A DNA stretch of 64,000 nt, from assembly GCA_965215015.1 (NCBI GenBank), contig OZ244042.1, positions 4,064,001-4,128,000 on the forward strand. Reading direction: 5' to 3'. Below the pieces are notes generated by a model. The model saw only the letters and a list, made by a program, of their open reading frames with translations. It did not search any database and was not told the origin of the DNA. The translations under genes and the position numbers were made by a program. Shown here one piece after another: positions 40,220-50,202 of the stretch (the stretch's first letter is position 1; every line of letters begins with the position of its first letter). The DNA is from Candidatus Poribacteria bacterium (GTDB lineage Bacteria > Poribacteria > WGA-4E > PCPOR2b).

Positions 40220-40338
40220 GCAAATAGGCTACTTTTTTTATTCTGTTTTTTGACAGCTGTGATATAATTATCTTGCTTTACACAATTTTGTATTGGTCAA
40301 CGAGATAGCAGACATCGTAACGGGGCAGGAATTCGGCA

Positions 40339-40719
40339 ATGCAGGCACTAGGACGACAAATTCTGATTGAATTTTACGATTGCCAGAGTGAGGTACTTAC
40401 CGATAGAAATCAAATCCGTCAATATATGCTTGAAGCAGCCCGCCACGCCGGAGCGACGGTGATATCGGATACATTCCATCATTTCAAGCCGGATGGCATC
40501 AGCGGTCTGGTCGTCATTGCGGAATCTCATATATCCATTCACACTTGGCCCGAGCACCGTTACGCTGCGGTCGATGTATTTACCTGCGGCAATTCCGTTG
40601 ATCCTTGGGGCGTTCCGCGCTATCTCCAAGAAAAATTACAATCTGAAAATGTCTCAAGCATGGAGATAAAGCGCGGACTGTTCCAAATTCCGGTACAGTA
40701 CAAACCTACTAATGGGTGA
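40339..40719 (+). CDS. speD: S-adenosylmethionine decarboxylase proenzyme
   Basis: IAESHISIHTWPE (pyruvoyl cleavage site) and DVFTCG. Confidence 0.95.
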   Translation: MQALGRQILIEFYDCQSEVLTDRNQIRQYMLEAARHAGATVISDTFHHFKPDGISGLVVIAESHISIHTWPEHRYAAVDVFTCGNSVDPWGVPRYLQEKLQSENVSSMEIKRGLFQIPVQYKPTNG

Positions 40720-40917
40720 AACGTGAAAACAATTTGTTCATTCGTGTATTAATGAATAAGTAAATAAATGAAACGGGGGTAAAAACGAGATTCTCACCAA
40801 CCCGCACCAAAGGTTAATAAAATCTTCTAAACTTATCTCTTGACCGCTCCCCACCTTAAAAGACAGGGTTTTAGATCGGAAGATCGGAATAAAAATACTT
40901 GTAGGAGGAAACTACCG

Positions 40918-41715
40918 ATGAAAGTGAATCTAAATGAACGGGTGGCCATCGTTACCGGCGGTGCACATGGCATTGGACGCGCCATTGTGCAGGCGTTATC
41001 CGACAACGGCGCACATATCGTCATCGTGGATATCGACGCTGAAACCGGTGAGAAAGCTGCGAACGAGATTATCGAGGGCGGTGGCGCGTGTATGTCGCTA
41101 GCGGGGGACGTATCCGACGTAAAACAGATGGAAGCTGTGGCAGAGCAGGTCATGGATCGCCTTGGACGGATTAATATATTGATTAATAACGCAGGCATCA
41201 ATACCCGCAGTGACCGCGTGCCAATTCATCAATATTCGCTTGAAGATTGGAATCGTATTGTGGACGTTGACATGACGGGCGTTTTTGTAACCAGTCGTGC
41301 GGTTATTCCTGAAATACTGAAGAACTCCGATGGTGGACGCATCGTGAACACGAGCTCCATTGCGGGCTTGGTGCCCCTACGGTTACAGAGTGCCTATATC
41401 GCTGCCAAAGCGGGCGTTGCCAACTTGACAAAATCGATGGCGATAGAGCTCGGTTCACAGGGGATTCTTGTCAACGCGGTTGCGCCGGGATCTACCCTGA
41501 CTCGCGGGACTGAGGCGTTGTTCTATGGTCCCGATGGCGCGTATACCGAGAACGCTGCGAGTTTGTTATCGCACATCCCGCTGGGTCGACCGGGTAAGGT
41601 AGAAGAGATTGCACACGCTGTGCTATTTTTAGTGTCGCCGGAAGCGAGTTATATTAATGGGGTCGTCTTGCCGGTGGATGGGGGTTGGACTGCTGGTTAT
41701 GTGCGCGATTGGTAG
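40918..41715 (+). CDS. SDR family oxidoreductase
   Basis: TGGAHGIG, NNAG, YIAAK, NAVAPG, VDGG; RBS AGGAGG. Confidence 0.93.
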   Translation: MKVNLNERVAIVTGGAHGIGRAIVQALSDNGAHIVIVDIDAETGEKAANEIIEGGGACMSLAGDVSDVKQMEAVAEQVMDRLGRINILINNAGINTRSDRVPIHQYSLEDWNRIVDVDMTGVFVTSRAVIPEILKNSDGGRIVNTSSIAGLVPLRLQSAYIAAKAGVANLTKSMAIELGSQGILVNAVAPGSTLTRGTEALFYGPDGAYTENAASLLSHIPLGRPGKVEEIAHAVLFLVSPEASYINGVVLPVDGGWTAGYVRDW

Positions 41716-42277
41716 CCTATGTCGGTTCATTAGCTTATTGGTTGGTTGAACTGATGAACCTTATACATTGGGCTCAGCTGGATCGAAAGGTAGAACACTT
41801 GACGCGGGGAACGCCGCCCCTACAGGAAAATTGATAGATTTTCAATACCTATAGGAGTTACGCACTTCGTTGGCAAAAATCGTGTCCTGAACCCAATCCG
41901 ATCACAGGTTAGGGAACCCCGGTTCTGTTGACCTTTGCGAGATATGAATATAGACTTACAGGTTATATGCTAGTATTGGATCGATTGGGAGGAGCGGACA
42001 AGATGCCCGGTCTACGGGTTTGGTGTTTGGGTTACACTATATCTACATGATAAGCCTGTGTTGTTGCAAAGGGTAGGTTCTGTTGTGGTTGATAGGAATT
42101 CGCTTTTACCGTTCAATCCAACTCCGTTCCGAGAGCCTGTGACCTATGTGTTGTCAAATGTCAACACGTCCTAGCAACTTGAGTTTTCTTAAGTACGCTA
42201 ACCTCAACCTGCTCGGTACTGTCAAATCTCGAACATCGCAGTGGGAGCGTGGGAAATTTCTATAGAGGAGCCACAAT

Positions 42278-43165
42278 ATGAACATCATAATTGGCAGCGC
42301 GCCGGACTCATGGGGCGTCTGGTTTCCAAGCGATTCACAGCAGACTCCGTGGCATCGATTCTTGGATGAAATTGTCGAAGCCGGCTACGAATGGACGGAG
42401 TTGGGACCGTACGGCTATCTGCCCACCGATTTACCTACCCTTCGCAGAGAACTCGGCAATCGCGGTTTGAAGGTGGCCGGAACAGTTGCAATGGCGAATG
42501 TTGAAGAACCGTCGTTATGGATAGAACTGGAGGAGCAGGTGTTAGGCGCATGTGAGCGGCTTGCAGCCCTGGATGCAACATATCTTGTGCTCATTGACGA
42601 TACTTATACGGACCTTTTTACTGGCGAGGCAATCCTGCCTAAATGTCTTGATGAAGGTGCGTGGGGCCAGTTCATCGAAACAACGCACCAGATGGCGGAT
42701 ATAGCGCGAGATTGGTTTGGTCTCCAGTTGGTTTTTCACCCCCACGCGGAGACGCACGTCGAGTACGAAGACCAGATTGAGGCCTTTCTGGAGCAGACCG
42801 ACCCGGACCGCGTATCCCTCTGCTTCGATACGGGACACCATGCGTATCGCGGCGGGGATCCCATCAATTTTATGCGCCGACACCATGACCGTATCCCTTA
42901 CCTGCACCTCAAGAGCATTGACCCAGAAATACAGAAACGGGTGGAAGCGGAAGGGATTCCATTCGCCGAAGCCGTGAAAATGGATATATTTGTTGAGCCG
43001 TCCAAAGGTGCGGTGGATTTTCTCGCATTCCGAGATATGCTACAGGAGATTGATTACAATGGCTATGCTATTGTTGAGCAGGACATGTATCCCGCCCCTT
43101 TTGATAAACCGTTGCCGATTGCCAAACGTACCCGTGCTTATCTGCGTGAGATTGGGATAGGTTGA
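42278..43165 (+). CDS. Sugar-phosphate isomerase/epimerase TIM barrel (IolE-like)
   Basis: APDSWGVW, ELGPYGY, FHPH, DTGH, HLK, VEQD. Confidence 0.85.
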   Translation: MNIIIGSAPDSWGVWFPSDSQQTPWHRFLDEIVEAGYEWTELGPYGYLPTDLPTLRRELGNRGLKVAGTVAMANVEEPSLWIELEEQVLGACERLAALDATYLVLIDDTYTDLFTGEAILPKCLDEGAWGQFIETTHQMADIARDWFGLQLVFHPHAETHVEYEDQIEAFLEQTDPDRVSLCFDTGHHAYRGGDPINFMRRHHDRIPYLHLKSIDPEIQKRVEAEGIPFAEAVKMDIFVEPSKGAVDFLAFRDMLQEIDYNGYAIVEQDMYPAPFDKPLPIAKRTRAYLREIGIG

Positions 43166-43226
43166 GTGCGGAGAATTTCTGACAACAACATTTACGAATT
43201 ACATTTTAGTGGGAGGTTATGTGGAT

Positions 43227-44306
43227 ATGTATCGTGTGGGGATTATGGGTTGTGGACGTATTGCCAGTACGATGGAGGACGAGTCTGATGTGCATCCCAT
43301 TTCGATTGCAGGTGCGTTTGAAGCACTGCCCAACACCGAAGTGGTCGCAGGGTGTAACCGGGGTGCAGAGAAATTACGCGCCTTTGGCGAGCGATGGGGG
43401 GTGAAGGCACTCTATCACGATTATCATGAGATGCTAGCAAAAGAAGATTTGGACATTGTCTGCGTCGCTACGCATCCACCACTACACCCGGAGATGGTAG
43501 TTGCCTCTGTTCAGGCGGGTGCGAAGGGGATCTTTTGTGAAAAACCGATGGCGTTGAGCCTAGGCGAGTGTGATGCGATGATCAATAGCTGTCAACAAAG
43601 CGGCACAAAGATGCTGATTAACTGTTCTCGGCGATGGTCGGGAGAGTATCAAGCTGCCAAGGATTTGATAGACTCCGGTGAGTTAGGCCCCCTACTTCAC
43701 GTCGTCGCGCATTGTGAAGGATGCAAGCCATCCCCGGAATGGGTCGCCGATACCGAGGGGCCGTTGCTGCACGATGCAGTGCACACCTTCGACACCCTCC
43801 GTATCTTTGCGGGCGATGTTGAATCGGTGTTGGGGACCGCACGGAGGCGCGCCCGTCATGAGTTTCGCGTGGAGGACACCAGCTATTCTCTGTTGCAATT
43901 CCAGAACGGTGTGGATGGCGTTGTTATCAGCGATGAATTGACCGAATATGAGCGATGGGATGTGGAATTACAGTGCGAAAAGGGGGTAGTGCGGTTAGGC
44001 TTTGGTGCGGGTATGTGGAAGGCGGAACCGATAGAATTCGAGAAGGGATCGTGGTGGGCCCTTGAGCCTCGTCCGTTTCCGGATTCGGCTTGGGAGGAAA
44101 CCACAACCCTGCGTGCTGCTCAGGACCTGATTGACTGCGTTGAGAATGACTCTCAGCCGCGCTGTACCGGACACGATGGTCGCGCTGCTATTGAGGTTAT
44201 TATGGCAATTTACGAATCGGAACGGCGCAATAACGGTTGGGTTGAATTACCGCTTGGCGTGGGTGATTCGTTGGTTGACATTTTGCGACGAGAGGGAAAA
44301 CTATAA
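43227..44306 (+). CDS. Gfo/Idh/MocA oxidoreductase
   Basis: GIMGCGRI, DIV.VAT, CEKP, H..D. Confidence 0.9.
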   Translation: MYRVGIMGCGRIASTMEDESDVHPISIAGAFEALPNTEVVAGCNRGAEKLRAFGERWGVKALYHDYHEMLAKEDLDIVCVATHPPLHPEMVVASVQAGAKGIFCEKPMALSLGECDAMINSCQQSGTKMLINCSRRWSGEYQAAKDLIDSGELGPLLHVVAHCEGCKPSPEWVADTEGPLLHDAVHTFDTLRIFAGDVESVLGTARRRARHEFRVEDTSYSLLQFQNGVDGVVISDELTEYERWDVELQCEKGVVRLGFGAGMWKAEPIEFEKGSWWALEPRPFPDSAWEETTTLRAAQDLIDCVENDSQPRCTGHDGRAAIEVIMAIYESERRNNGWVELPLGVGDSLVDILRREGKL

Positions 44307-44462
44307 GAACATGAAACGTGAAAACTATTGATTCATTGGTTCGTTTTAGTACAATTGCAGTAGGTGCGCTTCACCGTTACGCCGTATGCCTACTACTGTG
44401 TGGTAACTTGGTTATAATAACCTTTCAGGCTTCACGCAATACAGACAATTGGAGGATTTAAG

Positions 44463-45278
44463 ATGCATCCACTCGTAAATCTCAAAGTACAGGAGGGGGC
44501 TGTTGCCGTTCATTGGTTTGAGCAGAGCACCTTTGCGGTGAAGGATTCGCACGGAACAGTTGTACAGATTGACCCGTACTTTCCACACGATCGTCCCGCT
44601 GACAGATTTATCCACACCGAACCGCCGTTAGACGAATCTCAACTCCCGACGGACTATGTGCTATTGACACACAACCACGGCGACCACACTTGGCCTGAAT
44701 CAATTAACCGCATCCACAAAACTTCACCGGAGGTAAGGTGTGTCGGACCGGAAGAGAGTATCGCACAGGTGCTATCAGATACGGATGTTGACACAGCTCA
44801 CACGACGACAATCCATGCCGGTGAGTCAGCATCACTCGGAACTCTCACGGTTGACGCTGTCTATGCGAAACCGCCTAATGGACACCCCGCCGCAAATATA
44901 GCACCGCCCGATGTAACCCATCTCGGCTACGTCCTTAAAACGGATGGGGTAACACTCTACTTTTCCGGCGATCCCATCAATACCTTTGCCGACCACGATG
45001 CGCTGGTGAACGCTGTCGCTGCATACAATCCGGATATTGGATTCTTGACCAATCACCCGACGGAAGGTGAATTTCCGTTCTATCATGGCTGTGTAAAGAT
45101 GGCGCAACGGATTGGGCTTAAGCACGCTGTTCCCTCGCACCGATCCTGCTTTGTCACGCGGGATTATAATCCGGATGAGTGGGCGGCGCAATTTCCTGCT
45201 GATGGACCTCAGCCGCTGATCATTCCCCGAAATTCGCACGTTATTTATCCGAGTCTGAATCAGGATACTCAGGATTGA
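44463..45278 (+). CDS. MBL-fold metallo-hydrolase (UlaG-like)
   Basis: IDPY, THNHGDH, YFSGD, PSH. Confidence 0.85.
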   Translation: MHPLVNLKVQEGAVAVHWFEQSTFAVKDSHGTVVQIDPYFPHDRPADRFIHTEPPLDESQLPTDYVLLTHNHGDHTWPESINRIHKTSPEVRCVGPEESIAQVLSDTDVDTAHTTTIHAGESASLGTLTVDAVYAKPPNGHPAANIAPPDVTHLGYVLKTDGVTLYFSGDPINTFADHDALVNAVAAYNPDIGFLTNHPTEGEFPFYHGCVKMAQRIGLKHAVPSHRSCFVTRDYNPDEWAAQFPADGPQPLIIPRNSHVIYPSLNQDTQD

Positions 45279-46246
45279 GGGATTGACAGGATAAAAACCG
45301 TGAATCGGATAATATCGGGATTCAAACCAACTGGTTCGTCAAGTTGATTGAGCTGATACCCTCTTGTCTGAATCAGGATACTCAGGATGGAAGGATTGAC
45401 AGGATAAAAACCGTCATCGGATAATATCGGGATTCAAATCAACTAGTTCGTCAAGTTGATTGAACTGATACCTCCTTGTCTGAATCGGGATACTCAGGAT
45501 GGAAGGATTGACAGGATAAAAACCGTCATCGGATAATATCGGGATTCAAATCAACTGGTTCGTCAAGTTGATTGAGCTGATACCCTCTTGTCTGAATCAG
45601 GATACTCAGGATGGAAGGATTGACAGGATAAAAACCGTGAATCGGATAATATCGGGATTCAAACCAACTGGTTCGTCAAGTTGATTGAACTGATACCTCC
45701 TTGTCTGAATCGGGATACTCAGGATTGAGGGATTTACAGGATAAAAACCGTGAATCGGATAATATCGGGATTCAAACCAACTGGTTCGTCAAGTTGATTG
45801 AACTGATACCTCCTTGTCTGAATCAGGATACTCAGGATGGAAGGATTGACAGGATAAAAACCGTGAAGTTGACTATGATACTGGTAGAGGGGCATGGGGG
45901 GCTATGCCTACTACTACCCCCTTGTCTGAATCAGGATACTCAGGATTGAGGGATTGACAGGATAACAGCCGTGAAGTTGACTATGATACTGAATAGGGGG
46001 GGCATGGGGTTGCTAGGCCTACTACTACCCCCTTGTCTGAATCAGGATACTCAGGATGGAAGGATTGACAGGATAAAAACCGTGAAGTTGACTATGATAC
46101 TGGTAGAGGGGCATGGGGTTGCTAGGCCTACTACTACCCCCTTGTCTGAATCAGGATACTCAGGATGGAAGGATTTGCAGGATAAAAACCGTGAAGTTGA
46201 CTATGACACTGATAGGGGGGCATAGGGGTTGCTATGCCTACTACTA
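45253..46246 (+). repeat. Tandem array of 9 units (5 type A of 112-113 bp, then 4 type B of ~108-111 bp) with a constant ~50-bp core
   Basis: GTCTGAATC at 45253, 45366, 45478, 45590, 45703, 45816, 45924, 46035 and 46144. Confidence 0.97.
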
Positions 46247-46267
46247 AGTTCGTAAAAAGGAATTAAA

Positions 46268-47179
46268 ATGGGTTGGAAAGAAGAACTTGCGTCCCTTATC
46301 CAAAACCGAAACACTCCTTCTAAACTACGCTTTGACGAACCACTCAGTAAGCATAACTATTTTGGTATAGGTGGCAGTGCGGCGGCGTATTTTGAAGTGA
46401 GCACAGTCGGCGAATTGACGTATGTGGCACAACTGAGAAACCATTGGCAAGTGCCGGTTGCTATCATCGGTCGGGGATCGAACCTGCTGGTCAGCGATGC
46501 CGGATATCCGGGGATTGTCGTCCGATTAATCGGGGAATTTGATCGGCTTGAGTTTGACCAAAACCGTGTTCGGGTAGGCGCGGGCGTTTCCTTACCACGG
46601 TTGTCGAAAATAGCGGCACGGCGTGGATTGAGCGGTGTTGAGTTTGCGCTTGGGATTCCGGGCTCTGTCGGGGGGGCGCTGATTATGAATGCAGGGGCTT
46701 GGGGCAGCAGCTTCGGTGACTTGGTCGAGCGTGTGCAGGTGATGACCCACGAAGGCGAGGTGGTAGATCTCAACCGTGATGATGCCCAGTTTAGCTATCG
46801 TCATAGCGGTTTGCACATCTACTTCTGTATTACACGGGCCGAGCTCACCCTGACACCCGGCGATGCGGCGGCAGTTGCTGATCGTATGCAAGATCTCTAC
46901 AACCAGAAAATTACGAGCCAACCCTTTGCGGAGGAAAACGCGGGGTGCATGTTCAAGAATCCCCCCGGTCATTCGGCCGGGAAGCTGATCGATGAATGCG
47001 GCTTGAAGGGCTATCGAGTTGGTGGGGCGGAGGTATCTAAAATCCACGGCAACTTCATCCTCAACCTCGGTAACGCAACCGCTCAAGATGTGTTATCACT
47101 TGTTCGCCATATCCAAGCCCACGTCAAACGAGAGAGGGGGGTTAATCTAGAGATGGAGGTTCAGCTGCTGGGGTTTTAA
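46268..47179 (+). CDS. murB: UDP-N-acetylenolpyruvoylglucosamine reductase
   Basis: IGG.A, GRGSNLLV.D, GIPGSVGG...MNAGA, FKNP, H.NFI.N. Confidence 0.95.
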   Translation: MGWKEELASLIQNRNTPSKLRFDEPLSKHNYFGIGGSAAAYFEVSTVGELTYVAQLRNHWQVPVAIIGRGSNLLVSDAGYPGIVVRLIGEFDRLEFDQNRVRVGAGVSLPRLSKIAARRGLSGVEFALGIPGSVGGALIMNAGAWGSSFGDLVERVQVMTHEGEVVDLNRDDAQFSYRHSGLHIYFCITRAELTLTPGDAAAVADRMQDLYNQKITSQPFAEENAGCMFKNPPGHSAGKLIDECGLKGYRVGGAEVSKIHGNFILNLGNATAQDVLSLVRHIQAHVKRERGVNLEMEVQLLGF

Positions 47180-47232
47180 GGGTGAAAGCCCCCTGATTCA
47201 TCACTGAATTTAATGTGAAAAGGGAGTTAAAA

Positions 47233-48099
47233 ATGCTGAAATCTATAAGCGAAGATGTACTCGAGGCTGCCCGAGCAATTCTATATCCACAAGAGCTTTA
47301 TCACTTCGATTCAATTGCGGAAGGGATTTGGGGCGGTTTTGAAGCTGTAACGGATGCGGAGGTACAGTTTTTCCACAAGCACGGATACCTAGTCATCCAC
47401 GATGGGTTCAGTCCAGAAGAGGTGAGTGAAACATTGGATGGCATGCTGTACCTGATGGATGGGAAAAATCCAGATTACCGGGGTATTCAATATGAACCGA
47501 AGTTAGTGAAGCAAAAATCGGTGTTGTCCACGGAAGAGAGGCGCGATATCATCCGCAAAATTGCCAGTTTTGTGAAATTTGAGCCGCGTCTGAAAGCGAT
47601 ATCCGAGCATGAAGGCCTAATTACTGTCGTTGAACGCCTGATTGAGGACACGCCCAGGTTATTCCAAGATATGGGATTGATTAAACCACCGCATGTCGGT
47701 TCAGAGAAGCCGTGGCATCAGGACTGCGCTTACTTCAATTTGCCGTTGGATACACCGGTCGTTGCTGCTTGGATCGCCCTGGATGAAGCGACCCCCGAAA
47801 ATGGCTGTATGCACATCATCCCCGGTTCTCATAGAGAGGGGCCGGTGGTGCATTTCAACCGACGTGATTGGCAGATTTGCGATACGTATGTCCCCGTGAA
47901 TCGAGAGGTGATGGTGCCGCTCAAGGCGGGAGGATGTCTGCTTTGGCACGGACTGTTGCATCACGGTACGCCGGCAAATCGATCGAATTTGCGCCGCCGG
48001 GCCCTACAATTCCATTATTGCCCCGAAAGCACCGAAAAAATTAAGACCCAAGAGCGGATGGACGTGTTCGGAAGCGAAGGCAAAGCTGTTGAGTGTTGA
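47233..48099 (+). CDS. Phytanoyl-CoA dioxygenase (PhyH) family protein
   Basis: PWHQD, WIALD.AT.ENGC, PGSH, LHHG, RRAL. Confidence 0.9.
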   Translation: MLKSISEDVLEAARAILYPQELYHFDSIAEGIWGGFEAVTDAEVQFFHKHGYLVIHDGFSPEEVSETLDGMLYLMDGKNPDYRGIQYEPKLVKQKSVLSTEERRDIIRKIASFVKFEPRLKAISEHEGLITVVERLIEDTPRLFQDMGLIKPPHVGSEKPWHQDCAYFNLPLDTPVVAAWIALDEATPENGCMHIIPGSHREGPVVHFNRRDWQICDTYVPVNREVMVPLKAGGCLLWHGLLHHGTPANRSNLRRRALQFHYCPESTEKIKTQERMDVFGSEGKAVEC

Positions 48100-48144
48100 A
48101 CGCAGAAACTTACAATGACTTAAATCAATCAAACAGGGAGAGTT

Positions 48145-50169
48145 ATGCGTTATATCGGCAGTAAATTAAATCTGTTATCCCAGATTGAAGGGGTCGTTGA
48201 CAATTTGGGGGTTAGAAAGGGGGTATTTTGCGACCTGTTCGCGGGCACAGTGTGTGTTGCGGCACACTTTAAACGCAAAGGATTTCAGATTATCTCTAAC
48301 GATTTTCTCGAACTCTCCTACGCCTTTCAGCGAGCATTGATTGCTAACAATGCGGAACCCGAATTTGCGAGTATTGTCGAAACACTCGGTGATGTACAAG
48401 ATGATAGCCTGTTTACTAACCTTTCACCATGCCATAAGGTGGTTGCCTGGTTGAACTGTCTCCCCGGCAAGAGAGGGTTTATCTTTCACAACTACTGTCC
48501 ATCAGGGAATAACGAATATGGTCGGCAATACCTATCCGATAGCAACGGACAGAAGATTGACGCAATCCGCCAACAGATTCAACAGTGGCGCGATGCAGGT
48601 GAGATCACGGAGAACGAATTTTATCTGCTGCTGCTACCGTTGTTGGAGGCGACATCGAAGGTCGCCAATATTTCTGGCACTTACGGCGCATATCTCAAAC
48701 ACTGGGATCCTCGAACTTATAAAGATTTGCCCATGGTTCCAGCTGAGATTATTCGGTCAGATGTGCGACATCAAGTGTTTCGGGGTGATGCAAATCAATT
48801 GATTGAGGCTATTCGGTGCGATGTCCTCTATCTTGATCCGCCGTACAACACCCGTCAATATATTACCAATTATCACCTGTTGGAGACCATTGCGCGGTAT
48901 GATGCCCCCCCTCTTCATGGGAAAACGGGGCTGCGCAACTACGAAGACGGGGAAAAATCGGCGTACTGCTCCAAATCAGATTGTTATCGCGCGTTCCAAG
49001 ACCTAATTGAAAAAGCAAACGCACGATATATTCTGGTGAGTTACAACAACGAAGGCATTTTGTCGCGTGATGAGGTGATGTCTATCCTTTCGCTTCGAGG
49101 TGAACCCCATTGCAATTCCCCCATTGATTACCGGCGGTTCAAAAGCAACTCTCATGGCGATCAACCCGCTTTAGATAACCGTGTACAGGAGTTGCTGTTT
49201 CACCTTGAAGTGACAACACCTCCAAAACAATCTCGGCAAAAAAATAAAGAGGAAGAACCAAAACGACGCTACGACCCACGGAACAAACTCAATGATCTCT
49301 CTGGGAGTGAGTGGACATATTTCCTCAACTCGGTTGAACTGGAAGGGACAGAACACAATCTAGGAAGACTCAACGATCTGTCTGAGGAGGAGTGGGCAAT
49401 TGCATCGGCCCCTGTTTGGGATACGCACTATCCGACCAATGGTCCCCAATCTGATGCCCATCACATTCGGAAGCAGCACCCGTCGCCAAAACCACCGGCA
49501 TTGATGAAACGCCTAATCGAGTTTTTTACGAAAGAGGGAGGGCGTGTTCTGGACCCGTTTGTTGGGGTCGGTGGAACGCTGTTAGCGTGTTCAATGGCTG
49601 GTAGGCATGGTGTTGGAATCGATCTATCGCAGGGCTATCGTGAGATTTACCACCAAGCCTGCGCTCAACTTAGCTTAGAACCGCAGCCTTTCCTGTGTGG
49701 AGATGCGAGGGATTTAGAGAATCTCTTAGGAGAAGTTGTGCCGTTCGATCTGCTCTTGACCGACCCACCTTATGGTGATATGCTCTCTCGGAAGCGTAGC
49801 GGTGACCGAAAAAAGAGAACAGGAGATGATAGTCCAACGCCCTTTACAGACAGTCCTGATGATCTGGGGAATATGCCGCCATCTCAGTTTTACAAATCGC
49901 TTAAGACGGTGATTGTTCACGCGATGCAGCACCTCAAACCGAAAGGGTACGTTGTCATTTTCTGCAAAGATCTCCAACCGACCGAAAAGTACCATAACAT
50001 GATTCACGCCGATGTTGTCAAAACCCTTACGGATGTCGAAAATTTGCGGTTTCGAGGCTACAAAATTTGGTATGATAAATCGCTGAAACTTTACCCGTTC
50101 GGTTATCCGTATGCATACGTTTCCAATCAACTCCATCAATTCAGTCTGATTTTCCGAAAGGAGGATTGA
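48145..50169 (+). CDS. Two-domain DNA methyltransferase (D12/FokI-like N6A domain + N4C/N6A domain)
   Basis: Domain 1: RYIGSK, DLFAGT, YLDPPYN. Domain 2: HPSPKP, LDPFVGVG, TDPPY. Confidence 0.85.
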   Translation: MRYIGSKLNLLSQIEGVVDNLGVRKGVFCDLFAGTVCVAAHFKRKGFQIISNDFLELSYAFQRALIANNAEPEFASIVETLGDVQDDSLFTNLSPCHKVVAWLNCLPGKRGFIFHNYCPSGNNEYGRQYLSDSNGQKIDAIRQQIQQWRDAGEITENEFYLLLLPLLEATSKVANISGTYGAYLKHWDPRTYKDLPMVPAEIIRSDVRHQVFRGDANQLIEAIRCDVLYLDPPYNTRQYITNYHLLETIARYDAPPLHGKTGLRNYEDGEKSAYCSKSDCYRAFQDLIEKANARYILVSYNNEGILSRDEVMSILSLRGEPHCNSPIDYRRFKSNSHGDQPALDNRVQELLFHLEVTTPPKQSRQKNKEEEPKRRYDPRNKLNDLSGSEWTYFLNSVELEGTEHNLGRLNDLSEEEWAIASAPVWDTHYPTNGPQSDAHHIRKQHPSPKPPALMKRLIEFFTKEGGRVLDPFVGVGGTLLACSMAGRHGVGIDLSQGYREIYHQACAQLSLEPQPFLCGDARDLENLLGEVVPFDLLLTDPPYGDMLSRKRSGDRKKRTGDDSPTPFTDSPDDLGNMPPSQFYKSLKTVIVHAMQHLKPKGYVVIFCKDLQPTEKYHNMIHADVVKTLTDVENLRFRGYKIWYDKSLKLYPFGYPYAYVSNQLHQFSLIFRKED

Positions 50170-50202
50170 CATACTCCCACACGCTAAAGCGTGGGGATTC
50201 TT
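50166..50202 (-). mobile_element. Solo IS200/IS605-type right-end hairpin
   Basis: Minus strand AAGAATCCCCACGCTTTAGCGTGTGGGAGTATGTCAA. Confidence 0.6.

Noticed and set aside
45253-46246. CRISPR array or repeat-protein gene (ORFs 45701-45949 and 45971-46225)
   Set aside because: Spacers are reiterated and unit lengths vary by non-multiples of 3, so the ORFs are by-products of the repeat.
34087-50169. GGATG (FokI site) in the repeat cores as target of the FokI-like methyltransferase
   Set aside because: Specificity cannot be read from sequence, and many boxes are GGATT or GGATA; unsupported without a methylome.
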